DNA of 64,000 nucleotides from contig CALSSA010000012.1 of the NCBI GenBank assembly GCA_943788875.1, forward strand, positions 18,855-82,854, given 5' to 3'. Made by a program: the position numbers and the translations under genes. Below are positions 11,214 through 21,695 of this stretch, piece after piece. Source of the stretch: an uncultured Pseudomonadales bacterium (lineage in GTDB: Bacteria; Pseudomonadota; Gammaproteobacteria; Pseudomonadales; Porticoccaceae). Each line of letters opens with the position of its first letter. Within the stretch, counting starts at the first letter, position 1. A model generated the notes under the pieces. It worked only from the letters and a program-made list of their open reading frames with translations. It was not told where the DNA came from and searched no databases.

Positions 11214-11759
11214 CTAATGAATAGTGGGTTCAGCCTGAGCATCCAACTCCGGATGCAGATCAGAAAATACCAGCTGCACTGCAATGCGGATGTATTCCAC
11301 CAACTCAGCATAGTCTCTCTCACCGTCATCGTCGGATTCAAAATCCACTGATACCTGACCTATGGCGGCCAAATCTTCCAGCGCCTCTTTGCCTTCCACT
11401 GAAACTTCAAACTCAGCACCCATACCCTCGGCGAGGCCAGAAATATAATTGCTACACCAATCGCCCACTGCAACCAGACGCTCGGCCAGCGGCAACTCAT
11501 CATCCGGCAGCAATGGCTGGAATAGAAAGCTGATATCTTCCAAATTGCTCAATGAAGCCTGATAAAAATCCTCAAGGGAATTTTCTGCAGCCTCAGCCTG
11601 CTCTTCAGCCATTGCCAGCCACTGGCTTGACGCGTCCACCAGCTGCTGCATATCCACTGCTCCACAGCTGAGTCGGCCACAGAGAAAGCCATGAAATCCA
11701 GATGGATTGGCTTGGATTTGCAGTGTAAAAAACAGATCTTCGAGTTGTTCAAAGGTCAC
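11214..11759 (-). CDS. ygfB: UPF0149 (YgfB/YecA) family protein
   Basis: HGFLCG, FQPLLPDDE, ELVEYIRIA motifs; upstream of pepP; GTG start with GAGG SD. Confidence 0.85.
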   Translation of the reverse strand: MTFEQLEDLFFTLQIQANPSGFHGFLCGRLSCGAVDMQQLVDASSQWLAMAEEQAEAAENSLEDFYQASLSNLEDISFLFQPLLPDDELPLAERLVAVGDWCSNYISGLAEGMGAEFEVSVEGKEALEDLAAIGQVSVDFESDDDGERDYAELVEYIRIAVQLVFSDLHPELDAQAEPTIH

Positions 11760-11826
11760 AGGATTACCTCATGGAATTATTCCGCATCCTACCATCCTTG
11801 ATACTGCGCTGCATCTAATCTTGTAA

Positions 11827-11855
11827 TTGACCAGACCGAATTCAATGCCTATAGT
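11827..11855 (+). promoter_or_regulatory. sigma70 promoter for TIGR02449-zapA
   Basis: TTGACC-N17-TATAGT, 41 nt upstream of ATG 11897. Confidence 0.7.
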
Positions 11856-11896
11856 TATGCCGTTACAGCCGAACCTCAAAAGACAGCAGCTGCGCA

Positions 11897-12097
11897 ATGA
11901 CTGATACAGATAAATTCGAAGAAAAACTAGATCGACTGATTGAGTTGTGCCAACAGCTCAAGCGTGAAAATCAGAGCCTGCGTGAACGGGAGGCTGGACT
12001 TCTGGGTGAGCGCGGTGAATTAATCGAGAAAAATGAAATGGCACGACAGAAAATCGAAACCATGATTAACCGCTTACGCACTTTGAGTGCAGAATAA
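11897..12097 (+). CDS. TIGR02449 family coiled-coil protein (ZapB-like)
   Basis: 66-aa heptad-rich sequence (LIELCQQLKRENQSLR...KIETMINRL) immediately before zapA. Confidence 0.85.
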   Translation: MTDTDKFEEKLDRLIELCQQLKRENQSLREREAGLLGERGELIEKNEMARQKIETMINRLRTLSAE

Positions 12098-12099
12098 TT

Positions 12100-12396
12100 A
12101 TGCCGTCAATTTCTTTAAAAATTCGTATTCTGGACAAAGAATACCAGGTTAATTGTCAGCCGGAAGAGCGCGAGGCACTCGAGTATTCGGCTCAATTGCT
12201 CAATGAAAAAATGGAAGAGATCCGTCGTGGTTCTCATATTATCGGTCTCGAGCGAATTGCGGTTATGGCCGCCCTCAATCTGGCCCATGATTTAATTCGC
12301 AGTGAAGAAACTGCCAAGGTGGATAACAGTGCTAGCAACCTGCTGCAATCCATGGATTCAAAGCTGGACTCAGTACTGACCGACCTGACCAATTAA
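12100..12396 (+). CDS. zapA: Cell division protein ZapA
   Basis: IRILDKEYQVNC, ERIAVMAALNLAHDL. Confidence 0.93.
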   Translation: MPSISLKIRILDKEYQVNCQPEEREALEYSAQLLNEKMEEIRRGSHIIGLERIAVMAALNLAHDLIRSEETAKVDNSASNLLQSMDSKLDSVLTDLTN

Positions 12397-12454
12397 ATAC
12401 GCCCTTTTAACCTGAATTAATTGCTAACTGACAACGATTTTTGCGCTATCCCTC

Positions 12455-12463
12455 TGCTATACT
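12455..12463 (+). promoter_or_regulatory. Extended -10 promoter of 6S RNA
   Basis: TGcTATACT about 5 nt before the 6S 5' stem; no good -35. Confidence 0.5.
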
Positions 12464-12467
12464 AGTC

Positions 12468-12637
12468 GCTCCTGGGGTGTTTGCCAGCCAAGAAGTCCCT
12501 GAGCCGATAATTTATACCCGGCAGTTCTCCGCCAACAATGTTGTGCACTTCCGTGCGTCGGAAAGCCTGATTTGTTGCGAGGATAGCCACCTTGAACTCT
12601 TCGGTTCAAGGCCACGTTGGCAGCGGCACTCTGGGGT
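12468..12637 (+). ncRNA. ssrS: 6S RNA
   Basis: Canonical position between zapA and ygfA; conserved GTCCCTGAGCCGATA and CCTTGAAC-TCTTCG-GTTCAAGG segments; 5' CTCCTGGGGTG/TGCCAG pairs with 3' TTGGCA/CACTCTGGGG; ends approximate. Confidence 0.93.
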
Positions 12638-12660
12638 TTAACAAAAATCGGTTCGAATCT

Positions 12661-13251
12661 ATGACTAGTACTGATACCAGGCAACAACTTCGCGCCGCCC
12701 GCCGATCTCTCTCAGCGGACCAGCAGCAACTCTGCGCAGACCAGCTAGCCTCTATTATCTGTCGAGAAGGTTTTTTCCTGCGCGCCAAGCGCATTGGTAT
12801 CTATCTAGCCAATGATGGTGAAATAGACCCCTCTCTATTAATGGATATAGCGCTCAAAGCGGGCAAGTGCTGCTTTTTGCCCATACTGCACCCGTTGAAA
12901 GAGAATCGCCTGTACTTTGGCCAGTACAGTGCTGACACTGAACTTGTGCCCAACCGTTTTGGTATTCCAGAACCCAAATTTAACAGCGCTCAGATTGCTC
13001 CGCCCTGGAGTCTGGACGTTATTTTTATGCCGCTGGTTGCTTTTGACCGTAAGGGCAATCGTATGGGCATGGGTGGTGGCTACTACGATCGCACCCTGGC
13101 CTTTATGGCCAGGGGCAACGGACTGCGGCCAAAACTGGTCGGCCTCGCCCACAGCGGCCAGGAAATAAATCAGATATCTCAGCAGCGCTGGGATGTGCCC
13201 TTACATTTAATAGCGACTAACCAAGAGATCATATGCGCCAGACAAAAATAA
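12661..13251 (+). CDS. ygfA: 5-formyltetrahydrofolate cyclo-ligase
   Basis: NRFGIPEP, PLVAFDRKGNRMGMGGGYYDR; follows ssrS. Confidence 0.95.
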   Translation: MTSTDTRQQLRAARRSLSADQQQLCADQLASIICREGFFLRAKRIGIYLANDGEIDPSLLMDIALKAGKCCFLPILHPLKENRLYFGQYSADTELVPNRFGIPEPKFNSAQIAPPWSLDVIFMPLVAFDRKGNRMGMGGGYYDRTLAFMARGNGLRPKLVGLAHSGQEINQISQQRWDVPLHLIATNQEIICARQK

Positions 13252-14639
13252 TCTGCACCATAGGCCCAGCCACTGAAACCGTTGAAATGCTGGAAAAGCT
13301 TGCCGATGCCGGGATGAATGTCGCGCGCCTAAATATGTCCCATGGCGACCATAACTCCCATGCCAAAATCATTAAGTCGATTCACCAGCTAAATGCCACA
13401 CGCGCCCATCCTATAGCCCTCTTGCTAGATACTCAGGGTCCGGAAATTCGCACTGGTGATATGGTCGATGACCTGCATCTGAATGAGGGCGATACTATTT
13501 CTATCGTTGCGCGCGGTGCCGAAGATGTTGAGTCTTCATCAATTCATATTAATTATGAAGACCTGATCAATGATGTTGATATGGGCGACATTATTACTGT
13601 GGACAATGGTCTGATTAACCTAGAGGTGCTCAGCAAACAAGAGCGAGTGATGAAGGTAAAGGTGATCGACGGCGGCCTGCTCAAGAGTAAGCGTCATGTC
13701 AATCTGCCCGGCATCAGGGTAAACCTGCCCGCTATCACCGACAAAGACCGCCGTGATATTCAATTTGGTATGGATCAGGGAGTCGATTTTATAGCCCTGT
13801 CATTTGTGCGCCAGGCAGCCGATGTCAACGAGCTGCGTGAGCTGCTCGGAGATCAATCTAACAACATCAAAATTATCGCCAAACTGGAAGATCAGGAAGG
13901 CATTACCAATATGGTCGACATTATCGATGCTGCCGATGGCGTGATGGTTGCGCGCGGAGATCTTGGGGTCGAGGTTCCCTTTGAAGTGCTGCCACGCATT
14001 CAGCGCCGCATTATCCGCACCTGTGCCGAGATGGGTAAGCGGGTGATTGTAGCAACCCATATGCTGGAATCCATGATTGAAAACCCAATTCCAACCCGCG
14101 CCGAAGTGACTGATGTGGCCAATGCTGTCTATGAAGAAGCAGATGCCATTATGCTCTCCGGTGAAACTACAGTGGGAAAGTACCCTGTTAAATGTGTTGA
14201 GATACTCGACCGCATTGCGCGCTCCACCGAAAGCAGTCGGGGACTGCGCTTTACCGACAATCTACAACTGTTAGAGGACAAACAGCAGATTGCCAAGGCC
14301 GCTGTAGATCTGGCCACTTCAATTGCGGCCAAGGCTATTATTGTTCCCACCAGACGCGGGCGCATGGCTAATCGCATCACTAATTGCCACCCGGAATCCA
14401 TCGTCTGTGCCTTTACCAACAACAGCAGCACCAGGCGCCAGCTGGTGCTTAACCGCAACGTGTTGAGCTATCAGATTGAGATTGGTGATGACTCAGAGAA
14501 AACCCTGGCCGCCGCCGCAGCCATTATGATTCAGCGGGACGAGTTTTCTCCAGACGACCAGGTCGTGGTTATTTCCGACGCCTTGGCTGGTTCAGGTTTT
14601 GAGGCACTGCAGATCCGCAAAATTTCGGATCTGCTATAA
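13233..14639 (+). CDS. pyk: Pyruvate kinase
   Basis: TKIICTIGPA, RLNMSHG, DTQGPEIRTG, MVARGDLGVE, ATHMLESM, MLSGET. Confidence 0.97.
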   Translation: MRQTKIICTIGPATETVEMLEKLADAGMNVARLNMSHGDHNSHAKIIKSIHQLNATRAHPIALLLDTQGPEIRTGDMVDDLHLNEGDTISIVARGAEDVESSSIHINYEDLINDVDMGDIITVDNGLINLEVLSKQERVMKVKVIDGGLLKSKRHVNLPGIRVNLPAITDKDRRDIQFGMDQGVDFIALSFVRQAADVNELRELLGDQSNNIKIIAKLEDQEGITNMVDIIDAADGVMVARGDLGVEVPFEVLPRIQRRIIRTCAEMGKRVIVATHMLESMIENPIPTRAEVTDVANAVYEEADAIMLSGETTVGKYPVKCVEILDRIARSTESSRGLRFTDNLQLLEDKQQIAKAAVDLATSIAAKAIIVPTRRGRMANRITNCHPESIVCAFTNNSSTRRQLVLNRNVLSYQIEIGDDSEKTLAAAAAIMIQRDEFSPDDQVVVISDALAGSGFEALQIRKISDLL

Positions 14640-14645
14640 GTAATT

Positions 14646-16163
14646 CTATTTGCTACCGAGGAAAAACTGGTAGGCCTCATTATCGCTTTCATCTGTGTAG
14701 GGATAGCCCAAATTATCGAGGAATTTTTTCACCTCTCGAGCATCCTTAGCGGACGCCTGCAGGCCGACTAATACGCGACCAAAGGCGGAGCCATGGTTGC
14801 GGTAATGGAACATAGAAATATTAAAACGGCCGCCAAGTTCCACCAAGAAATTTAGTAATGCACCCGGGCGCTCAGGGAATTCAAAACGGAACACCCGCTC
14901 CTCTCCCACATGGGGCGAGTGGCCACCGACCATATGGCGAATATGTAACTTCGCCATCTCATTGTCAGTCATATCAGTTACGGCATAGCCTTTGTCGCCT
15001 AACTCGCTGACCAGCTGCTGACGATCCTCATCTGAGGCTACTTTGACACCGACAAAAATCTGCGCCTGCTTATCATCGTTGTAGCGATAATTAAATTCAG
15101 AAATATTGCGCTTGCGCAGAGCAGTGCAAAACCTTTTGAAGCTGCCCGGCTTCTCATCAATGGTTACCGCCAGAACTGCTTCGCGTTTCTCACCAGTTTC
15201 GGTGCGTTCAGAAATATAACGCAGACGATCGAAATCTATATTGGCACCACATTGAATAGCCAACAGAGTCTGACCCGCAACACCATGAGTCTCTACATAT
15301 TTTTTAAGCCCGGCAGTACCCAGCGCACCAGAGGGTTCGCAGATCGCACGAGTATCATTGTAAACATCTTTAATCGCAGCACAGATCTCGTCAGTGCTGA
15401 CAGTGATTACCTCGTCCACCAGATCCTTAAGGATTCTAAAGGTCTCCTTGCCAATCTGAGCAACCGCGGTGCCATCGGCAAAGATACCCACTTGTTTGAG
15501 CCGAACTCTGCGACCAGCTTTCATCGCAGCGTCAAGACAAGCGGCATCGTCCGACTCCACAGCAATGATTTTGACCTCAGGGCGCAGATGCTTAATATAG
15601 GCAGCAACCCCAGCACAGAGTCCACCACCGCCAACCGCAATAAATACAGCGTCGAGATCACCCTGCACCTGACGCAGAATTTCCATGCCGATGGTGCCCT
15701 GCCCGGCAATGACATCAGGATCGTCAAATGGATGAATATAAGTCAGGCCTTGCTCGGCAATCAACTGGTCGGCATGGGCGGCCGCAGCATCGTAGTTATC
15801 ACCGATCAGTACCACCTTGGCGCCGCGGGCGCGCACTGCATCAACCTTAATCTGCGGTGTTGTCTTAGGCATTACAATAGTTGCCTTAACGCCCATTTTT
15901 TTCGCTGCCAGCGCCAGACCCTGAGCGTGGTTTCCCGCTGAGGCGGCAATAACTCCAGCGGACAGCTGCTCTGCAGAAAGGTGGCGCAATTTGTTGTAGG
16001 CGCCACGAAGTTTAAACGAGAACACCGGCTGCAGGTCTTCACGTTTGAGCAGCACTTCATTGTTGAGGCGCTGGGAGAGTAAAGGTGCTGCATCCACCGG
16101 CGTTTCTATCGCCAGATCATAAATGCGGGCATCGAGAATTTTTTCCACATACTTTTGCGGCAT
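14646..16163 (-). CDS. ilvA: Threonine ammonia-lyase, biosynthetic
   Basis: KREDLQPVFSFKLRGAYN, SAGNHAQG, C-terminal regulatory repeats (FPERPGAL, SMFHYRNHG); start moved to MPQKY. Confidence 0.97.
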   Translation of the reverse strand: MPQKYVEKILDARIYDLAIETPVDAAPLLSQRLNNEVLLKREDLQPVFSFKLRGAYNKLRHLSAEQLSAGVIAASAGNHAQGLALAAKKMGVKATIVMPKTTPQIKVDAVRARGAKVVLIGDNYDAAAAHADQLIAEQGLTYIHPFDDPDVIAGQGTIGMEILRQVQGDLDAVFIAVGGGGLCAGVAAYIKHLRPEVKIIAVESDDAACLDAAMKAGRRVRLKQVGIFADGTAVAQIGKETFRILKDLVDEVITVSTDEICAAIKDVYNDTRAICEPSGALGTAGLKKYVETHGVAGQTLLAIQCGANIDFDRLRYISERTETGEKREAVLAVTIDEKPGSFKRFCTALRKRNISEFNYRYNDDKQAQIFVGVKVASDEDRQQLVSELGDKGYAVTDMTDNEMAKLHIRHMVGGHSPHVGEERVFRFEFPERPGALLNFLVELGGRFNISMFHYRNHGSAFGRVLVGLQASAKDAREVKKFLDNLGYPYTDESDNEAYQFFLGSK

Positions 16164-16334
16164 GAAATATCCAAAGTGACTCAAAGGTTGTGCAATAGTA
16201 ATTTGATCCAAGGGTTTTCGCCAGTCTGTGATAGCACTAATGGTCCGCTGCAGCTTGTTTTAGTACTGCTTTATGTATTGATTGCCCTATAATTGGCGGC
16301 ATAGTTTTTACTAAAAATCTTTTTGGAGTTATCA

Positions 16335-17015
16335 GTGGATCAGAATCAACTTAAACAAGCAGTTGCGCAGGCCGCCGTAGATTACACATTAGAACGAATC
16401 GACGCAGACAGTATCGTTGGCATCGGTACCGGCTCCACCGCTAACTGTTTTATTGATCTTATCGCTGCACACAAACATAAATTCCTCGCCACAGTTGCCA
16501 GCTCCGAAGGTTCTGCAGATCGTCTGCGCGGTCATGGCATTCAGGTATTCGAGCTCAATGCAGTGCCCGAGGTGAGCATTTATATCGATGGCGCCGACGA
16601 GGCCAACAACCAGCTACAACTAATCAAGGGCGGTGGCGCTGCCCTGACCCGTGAAAAAATTGTTACTGCCGTGGCCAATGAGTTTGTCTGTATCGCTGAT
16701 GAAAGCAAATTGGTTGACCATCTGGGTACATTCCCCCTGCCGGTTGAAGTGATTCCCATGGCCCGAAGCTATGTGGCCAGAGAATTGGTCAAGCTAGGAG
16801 GAGACCCTGTGTGGCGGGAAAATGTTGTGACTGATAATGGCAACTTGATTCTTGATGTTCACCACCTCTATCCCATGGGTTCAGCCTGTGAACTGGAAGA
16901 AAAAATTAACCAGATTACCGGTGTGGTCACCAATGGCCTGTTTGCTGTAAAGCCCGCGGATATTTTATTCTTGGCCACTCAGCAAGGCATTGTGACTCAC
17001 AAAGCTAAATCCTGA
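16335..17015 (+). CDS. rpiA: Ribose-5-phosphate isomerase A
   Basis: [26 protein letters not shown]; GTG 16335 has a GGAG SD. Confidence 0.96.
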   Translation: MDQNQLKQAVAQAAVDYTLERIDADSIVGIGTGSTANCFIDLIAAHKHKFLATVASSEGSADRLRGHGIQVFELNAVPEVSIYIDGADEANNQLQLIKGGGAALTREKIVTAVANEFVCIADESKLVDHLGTFPLPVEVIPMARSYVARELVKLGGDPVWRENVVTDNGNLILDVHHLYPMGSACELEEKINQITGVVTNGLFAVKPADILFLATQQGIVTHKAKS

Positions 17016-17043
17016 GAGCACATTAATTAAGAGCAATGGAATA

Positions 17044-18033
17044 ATGAAAAAATATAATGTCTATGGATTGGGTAATGCCCTTGTTGATACAGAGATTCAG
17101 GTAGCGGACCAAGATCTGGAAAACCTCAGCATTGAAAAAGGCCTGATGACTCTGGTTGATGAGGATCGACAGCACTTTCTGATCGATAACTTGCAAGATC
17201 ATCTAACATTATCTAAGCGCGCCTGCGGCGGCTCGGCGGCCAACACAGTTATTTCTGTTGCTCAGTTCGGTGGCAGTGGCTATTTGGCCTGCAAAGTGGC
17301 CGACGATGACAATGGTCAATTCTATCTGCAGGATCTGATCGATAGCGGTGTCGACCACAGCGTTGAGCCCGACCTTGAACGGGGTATCACTGGGAAGTGT
17401 CTGGTTATGGTGACCCCGGATGCGGAACGAACTATGAATTCATTTCTTGGTATAGGTGAGCAATTAGCGCCAACAGATATTGATGCCAGTGCCATTGCCG
17501 CATCCGAATATATTTATATAGAAGGCTATTTGGTCACCAGCGATACGGGACGCGCGGCGGCGATTAAGGCCCGCGAACTAGCGCAGGAAAATGGTACTCA
17601 GGTCGCCATTAGCCTCTCGGACCCTGGTATTGTCGAGCATTTCAAACAGGGCCTCAAGGATATGATAGGGCCAGGTGTAGATCTGCTTTTCTGCAATAAA
17701 CAGGAAGCCTTAAACTGGTGTGAGACAGACGATTTTGAAGTGGCAACTAAAACCATGCAAAAAACCGCCAAAAAATTCGCTATTACCATGGGTAGTGATG
17801 GCGCGGTGGTTTTTGATGGCTTTGATACATTACATGTTCAGGCTCAGCCTGTCACCGCAGTGGATACTAACGGTGCAGGAGATATGTTTGCCGGAGCCTT
17901 TCTGTATGGCATCACTCAGGGACAGAGCTATGTGGACGCTGCAACCTTTGCCAATCGCGCTGCCAGCGCAGTGGTAGGACAATATGGTCCGCGACTGCAT
18001 GTTGCTGAATATAACGGATTGAAGATCGCCTAA
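17044..18033 (+). CDS. PfkB-family carbohydrate/nucleoside kinase (adenosine kinase-like)
   Basis: GNALVD, GGSAANT, DTNGAGDMFAG. Confidence 0.85.
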   Translation: MKKYNVYGLGNALVDTEIQVADQDLENLSIEKGLMTLVDEDRQHFLIDNLQDHLTLSKRACGGSAANTVISVAQFGGSGYLACKVADDDNGQFYLQDLIDSGVDHSVEPDLERGITGKCLVMVTPDAERTMNSFLGIGEQLAPTDIDASAIAASEYIYIEGYLVTSDTGRAAAIKARELAQENGTQVAISLSDPGIVEHFKQGLKDMIGPGVDLLFCNKQEALNWCETDDFEVATKTMQKTAKKFAITMGSDGAVVFDGFDTLHVQAQPVTAVDTNGAGDMFAGAFLYGITQGQSYVDAATFANRAASAVVGQYGPRLHVAEYNGLKIA

Positions 18034-20615
18034 ATGGGCGGAATACCCTTATCTAGAGGCTTAGGTCGCTGGACTTGAAAACCCTGCACATAGTCGACGC
18101 CAATTTTTTTGAGCAGCTGATGTTGGGTTTTATTCTCCACACCCTCGGCCACCGTAGACACTCCCATAATATGTCCAAGATGATTTATCGTGCTGACTAC
18201 TGAGTAATCAACTTCACTGTTATCCATGGTTTGAATAAAGCTGGAATCAATCTTCAGGCAGTCAATAGGCAGCTCTTTTAGATAGGCGAAAGAGGACAGG
18301 CCACTACCAAAATCATCCAGAGCAAAGGACACACCCACGGAGCGCAAGGTACCTATTAACTGCTTCGCCTCGGACAGATGTTTGACCGCTGCTGTCTCGG
18401 TAATTTCAAACTGAATATGCTTTGGCGCAATACCGCTGTCGCTAAAACCAGCCAGAATGTAGTCAATCGCATTTTCATCGCCAACCGTGCTGCCAGAAAG
18501 GTTCACTGCCAATGTAGGCAAGACAGCTGTAGTCTGTCGTAGCTTTTTCAGAAAGGCGAGCGCATTGGTAAACACCCATTTATCCAGATCATCAATTAGC
18601 GAGTAATGCTCAGCCACAGGAATAAATTCGGAGGGAGGCAAAATAGTGCCGTCGTTATCCCGCATGCGCACCAGAATTTCATAATATTTTGGCAGCGCCA
18701 CATTAGGGTTCAGAGAGACAATGGGCTGGGCATATAAGGTAAAGCGGTCTTCATCTAATGCACTGACTATCTTAGGCATGCTGGTGGCCAACCGACGACG
18801 CTTGCTGACCTCTTCATTAAATGACTGAAAGTGGATCTTGTTGCGACCCTTATCTCTGGCAGCGGCGCAGGAAGAACCGGCGGAAATCATCAGATCTATA
18901 TCCGAAAGCGCGTCCGAATCAATCATAATGCCGCCAATACTGGCACCTACTTTTAAGGTCTCGCCTTCCCAGGTAATACTAAAGTCTTTTATCACATCTA
19001 GAACCTGCTCAGCCATTGCCATAGCTCGGTCGTAGTTCATGCAGTGCAATAAAAGAGCAAACTCATCATTGCCAATGCGCGCAGCAATATCACTGGGGCC
19101 CGCGGCTTCGATCAGCAAATGGGCAAATTGCACAAGCAATTCATCACCGGCCATATGCCCGCTGGTGTCATTAATTACCGAGAAGTTATACAGATCTATA
19201 TAGAGCAGGGCATGAATAGCACCATCGCGCTTGGCACTTTTAATAGCGCGCTGAATTCTCTCGGCCAGAGATTTGCGGTTGGGCAAGCCGGTCAAGGTAT
19301 CATGCATAGACTGCCAGAGCAGGCGACTCGATACCCGCCGCGCCTCACTGAGCGGACGAAATATAACCAGACACTTTTCCACGTGGCCGATAGTATTGCG
19401 TATAGGGAATGCAGAGACTGCAACTGCCAGAGGTTCTGCACCACGGACTTTTAACAGCAAGGACTCACTGACTTCAACATTACTGGCCCGGCTCAATGCA
19501 TCTTCAACAGGGGTAACAGTAATACCGGTTTCTTCATTGGCCAATGGCATCACCGTATGAATCTGCACCGCTTTGGATCTATCCAACTCAAAGCTAAGCA
19601 ATTGCTCTGCGATAGGGTTGATCTCCTGAACAAAGCCCTCGGCATCCACTACTAATACACCGTCAGCAACACTTTTTGCAGTACTATCGAAAAGCTGCCC
19701 ACGGTTGATTAATTGCTCGATTTTGCGGCTGCTATCAGTACAGTCTCGGCACAGCAAGATCAGTTCAGCGGATTTATCTGCGCTGCGGAAAGACTGAATA
19801 TCCAGACGTCTGGTTTGGCCCTCGGCGGTGGCCGCAAGAATATGACCAAGAGGACTCTGCGCGGATAGAATGGCAAGGGACTCACCAATATCACCTACCT
19901 CATCCATTGCATTGAGATCAGGGAAAATAACTCTGACAGAGCTGCCTTTTAACAGCGTCTGACTGTAACCCAGCAACTGCTCCGCGGCGGCACTGATACT
20001 CTGAATAACCCCCTTAGAATCGATGATCACCATAATGGCATTACTGTCAAAATTCAGCGGACGACCATATAGCCCCTGCTGTTCAGCAACCAGCCTGGCA
20101 TTATCTTGCGCATAGGACAATGACGCTTCTAAACAGCCCGGGTCTGTTCGCCATTGCAGCTGAATTAATGCATAGATCGAATTGCCGTCGGGATAGGCTC
20201 GGATAGAGATAGCATTGAGTGCGGGGCCCTGCTTCAACTCTGCGCCAGCAGGTTTTTCAAAGGCTTGAGAGAACTGTTCCAGAAGAGTATTTTCTGCAGG
20301 TCTGGAGCATTGTTTGCGACCTACAAATGCCAGCACCTCATGGAGTTCCGACGCAAAAAGACTGCCGAGTAAACTGGGAAATAAGGCATAAAATCTCTTA
20401 CCCTGAGACTGCCCGGCAGAAACCGAGCAGTACTGAGCAACTGTGGCATCGATCATCACCACTTTAAAGTTGTGGTCAACTACCATGACGCCACCTTTAG
20501 AGCGGCCAGCCATCAGTTCTCTGCTAAGTTCTTTAGTCAGCGATTGACCCAGCTTGTTAGCTAGCTCAACGCCTGTTCCCGAACCAATTCCATCTGCGCT
20601 CAAGACGTCTGTCAT
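18030..20615 (-). CDS. PAS-GGDEF-EAL c-di-GMP signalling protein
   Basis: HDTLTGLPNR, ARIGNDEF, EILVRM, FEITE, LDDFGSG, LKID, AEGVE; PAS-like repeats upstream. Confidence 0.92.
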   Translation of the reverse strand: MTDVLSADGIGSGTGVELANKLGQSLTKELSRELMAGRSKGGVMVVDHNFKVVMIDATVAQYCSVSAGQSQGKRFYALFPSLLGSLFASELHEVLAFVGRKQCSRPAENTLLEQFSQAFEKPAGAELKQGPALNAISIRAYPDGNSIYALIQLQWRTDPGCLEASLSYAQDNARLVAEQQGLYGRPLNFDSNAIMVIIDSKGVIQSISAAAEQLLGYSQTLLKGSSVRVIFPDLNAMDEVGDIGESLAILSAQSPLGHILAATAEGQTRRLDIQSFRSADKSAELILLCRDCTDSSRKIEQLINRGQLFDSTAKSVADGVLVVDAEGFVQEINPIAEQLLSFELDRSKAVQIHTVMPLANEETGITVTPVEDALSRASNVEVSESLLLKVRGAEPLAVAVSAFPIRNTIGHVEKCLVIFRPLSEARRVSSRLLWQSMHDTLTGLPNRKSLAERIQRAIKSAKRDGAIHALLYIDLYNFSVINDTSGHMAGDELLVQFAHLLIEAAGPSDIAARIGNDEFALLLHCMNYDRAMAMAEQVLDVIKDFSITWEGETLKVGASIGGIMIDSDALSDIDLMISAGSSCAAARDKGRNKIHFQSFNEEVSKRRRLATSMPKIVSALDEDRFTLYAQPIVSLNPNVALPKYYEILVRMRDNDGTILPPSEFIPVAEHYSLIDDLDKWVFTNALAFLKKLRQTTAVLPTLAVNLSGSTVGDENAIDYILAGFSDSGIAPKHIQFEITETAAVKHLSEAKQLIGTLRSVGVSFALDDFGSGLSSFAYLKELPIDCLKIDSSFIQTMDNSEVDYSVVSTINHLGHIMGVSTVAEGVENKTQHQLLKKIGVDYVQGFQVQRPKPLDKGIPPI

Positions 20616-20621
20616 CTGCGT

Positions 20622-21695
20622 CTAACCTTGGGAGAGTAACTCCCGTAAATCAATGATCGCCGCATTAGCGCGGCTGATATAAGAGGCCATAACCAATGAG
20701 TGATTAGCTAACACACCAAAGCCTTCACCATTAACAATCATAGGGGCATGCACGGGCTGCTGAGTCATTTCCAATTCGCGGATAATCTGCCGGACACTGG
20801 CGACAGCGTTCTTCTTGGCCAACACATCGGCGAAATCAATTTCAATAGCCTGTAGAAAATGTAGCAGAGCCCAAGAAGTACCGCGAGCTTCGTAAAACAC
20901 ATTGTCGATCTGTAGCCAGGGAGTTTTTATCTCTAACTCTTGAGGAGCTGCAGTGGACTGGACCGCACCGGCAGCGCCGGCTAGATCTATATTAATGCGC
21001 CGCTGACCGACACTGGCAGAGAGCCGCTGAGATAAACTACCCAGACGGGTTTCGACGGTAGCCAGCCAATAGCGCAGATTGTCGGCACGGGCATAGAACT
21101 GAGCATCGTAGACCTGTTCGTCTCCCAGACGCTGCAGATAACCACTTAGATAATTGCGGCCATCGGCATATTCACTCTCAGGCCAGGGCACAGCCCAACT
21201 TCTGTGGTCAACATTAAACCTGGGCTCGGCTAGAGCCAGATCGCGATCCTCTGTCGATTGAGACTGGGAGCGACTAAAAGATTCACGCAGTGCTTTGCTC
21301 AGATCGCGAACCTGAACCAGGACACCAAACTCCCAGCTGGGCAAATTATCCAACCATAGGCCCGGAGGAGAAATATCATTGGCCAGATAGCCGCCCCGCT
21401 TATGCAGGACGACATCAATAGCTTTGATAAGAGTAGAAGTAGTGGCTGCGCCAATGACTGGCTGCCCGGACTCGCCATTATTTGCATTGGTGATCTGCCG
21501 CACATCAAACTGGCCCGGCTCATTGCTCCAGTGCCAGCCCAGCAGCAGCAAAACAACGAGCACGAAAAGCGAAGAAATTAGGCTGTAGCGAAGACCTTTT
21601 GGCGCTCGCTCACCGACATAATCCTCGGAGATGGTTTCGCTAATATCATTGTAAGAGCGGCTCCATTTCCCTTTTAGCCAATCAAACAGTTTCAT
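20622..21695 (-). CDS. DUF2333 family protein
   Basis: Single N-terminal TM then WLDNLPSWEFGVL, SRSQSQSTED, IDNVFYEARG motifs. Confidence 0.85.
   Translation of the reverse strand: MKLFDWLKGKWSRSYNDISETISEDYVGERAPKGLRYSLISSLFVLVVLLLLGWHWSNEPGQFDVRQITNANNGESGQPVIGAATTSTLIKAIDVVLHKRGGYLANDISPPGLWLDNLPSWEFGVLVQVRDLSKALRESFSRSQSQSTEDRDLALAEPRFNVDHRSWAVPWPESEYADGRNYLSGYLQRLGDEQVYDAQFYARADNLRYWLATVETRLGSLSQRLSASVGQRRINIDLAGAAGAVQSTAAPQELEIKTPWLQIDNVFYEARGTSWALLHFLQAIEIDFADVLAKKNAVASVRQIIRELEMTQQPVHAPMIVNGEGFGVLANHSLVMASYISRANAAIIDLRELLSQG

Noticed and set aside
15252-15941. 229-aa ORF antisense to ilvA, and similar shadows at 10466-11005, 3352-3825, 53951-54409, 60498-60947 and 36144-36566
   Set aside because: They lie wholly opposite well-conserved genes, lack SDs and motifs, and are expected antisense open frames
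16164-16334. Search for an Ile/Leu/Val/Thr leader peptide upstream of ilvA
   Set aside because: No short ORF with clustered regulatory codons and no attenuator hairpins were seen
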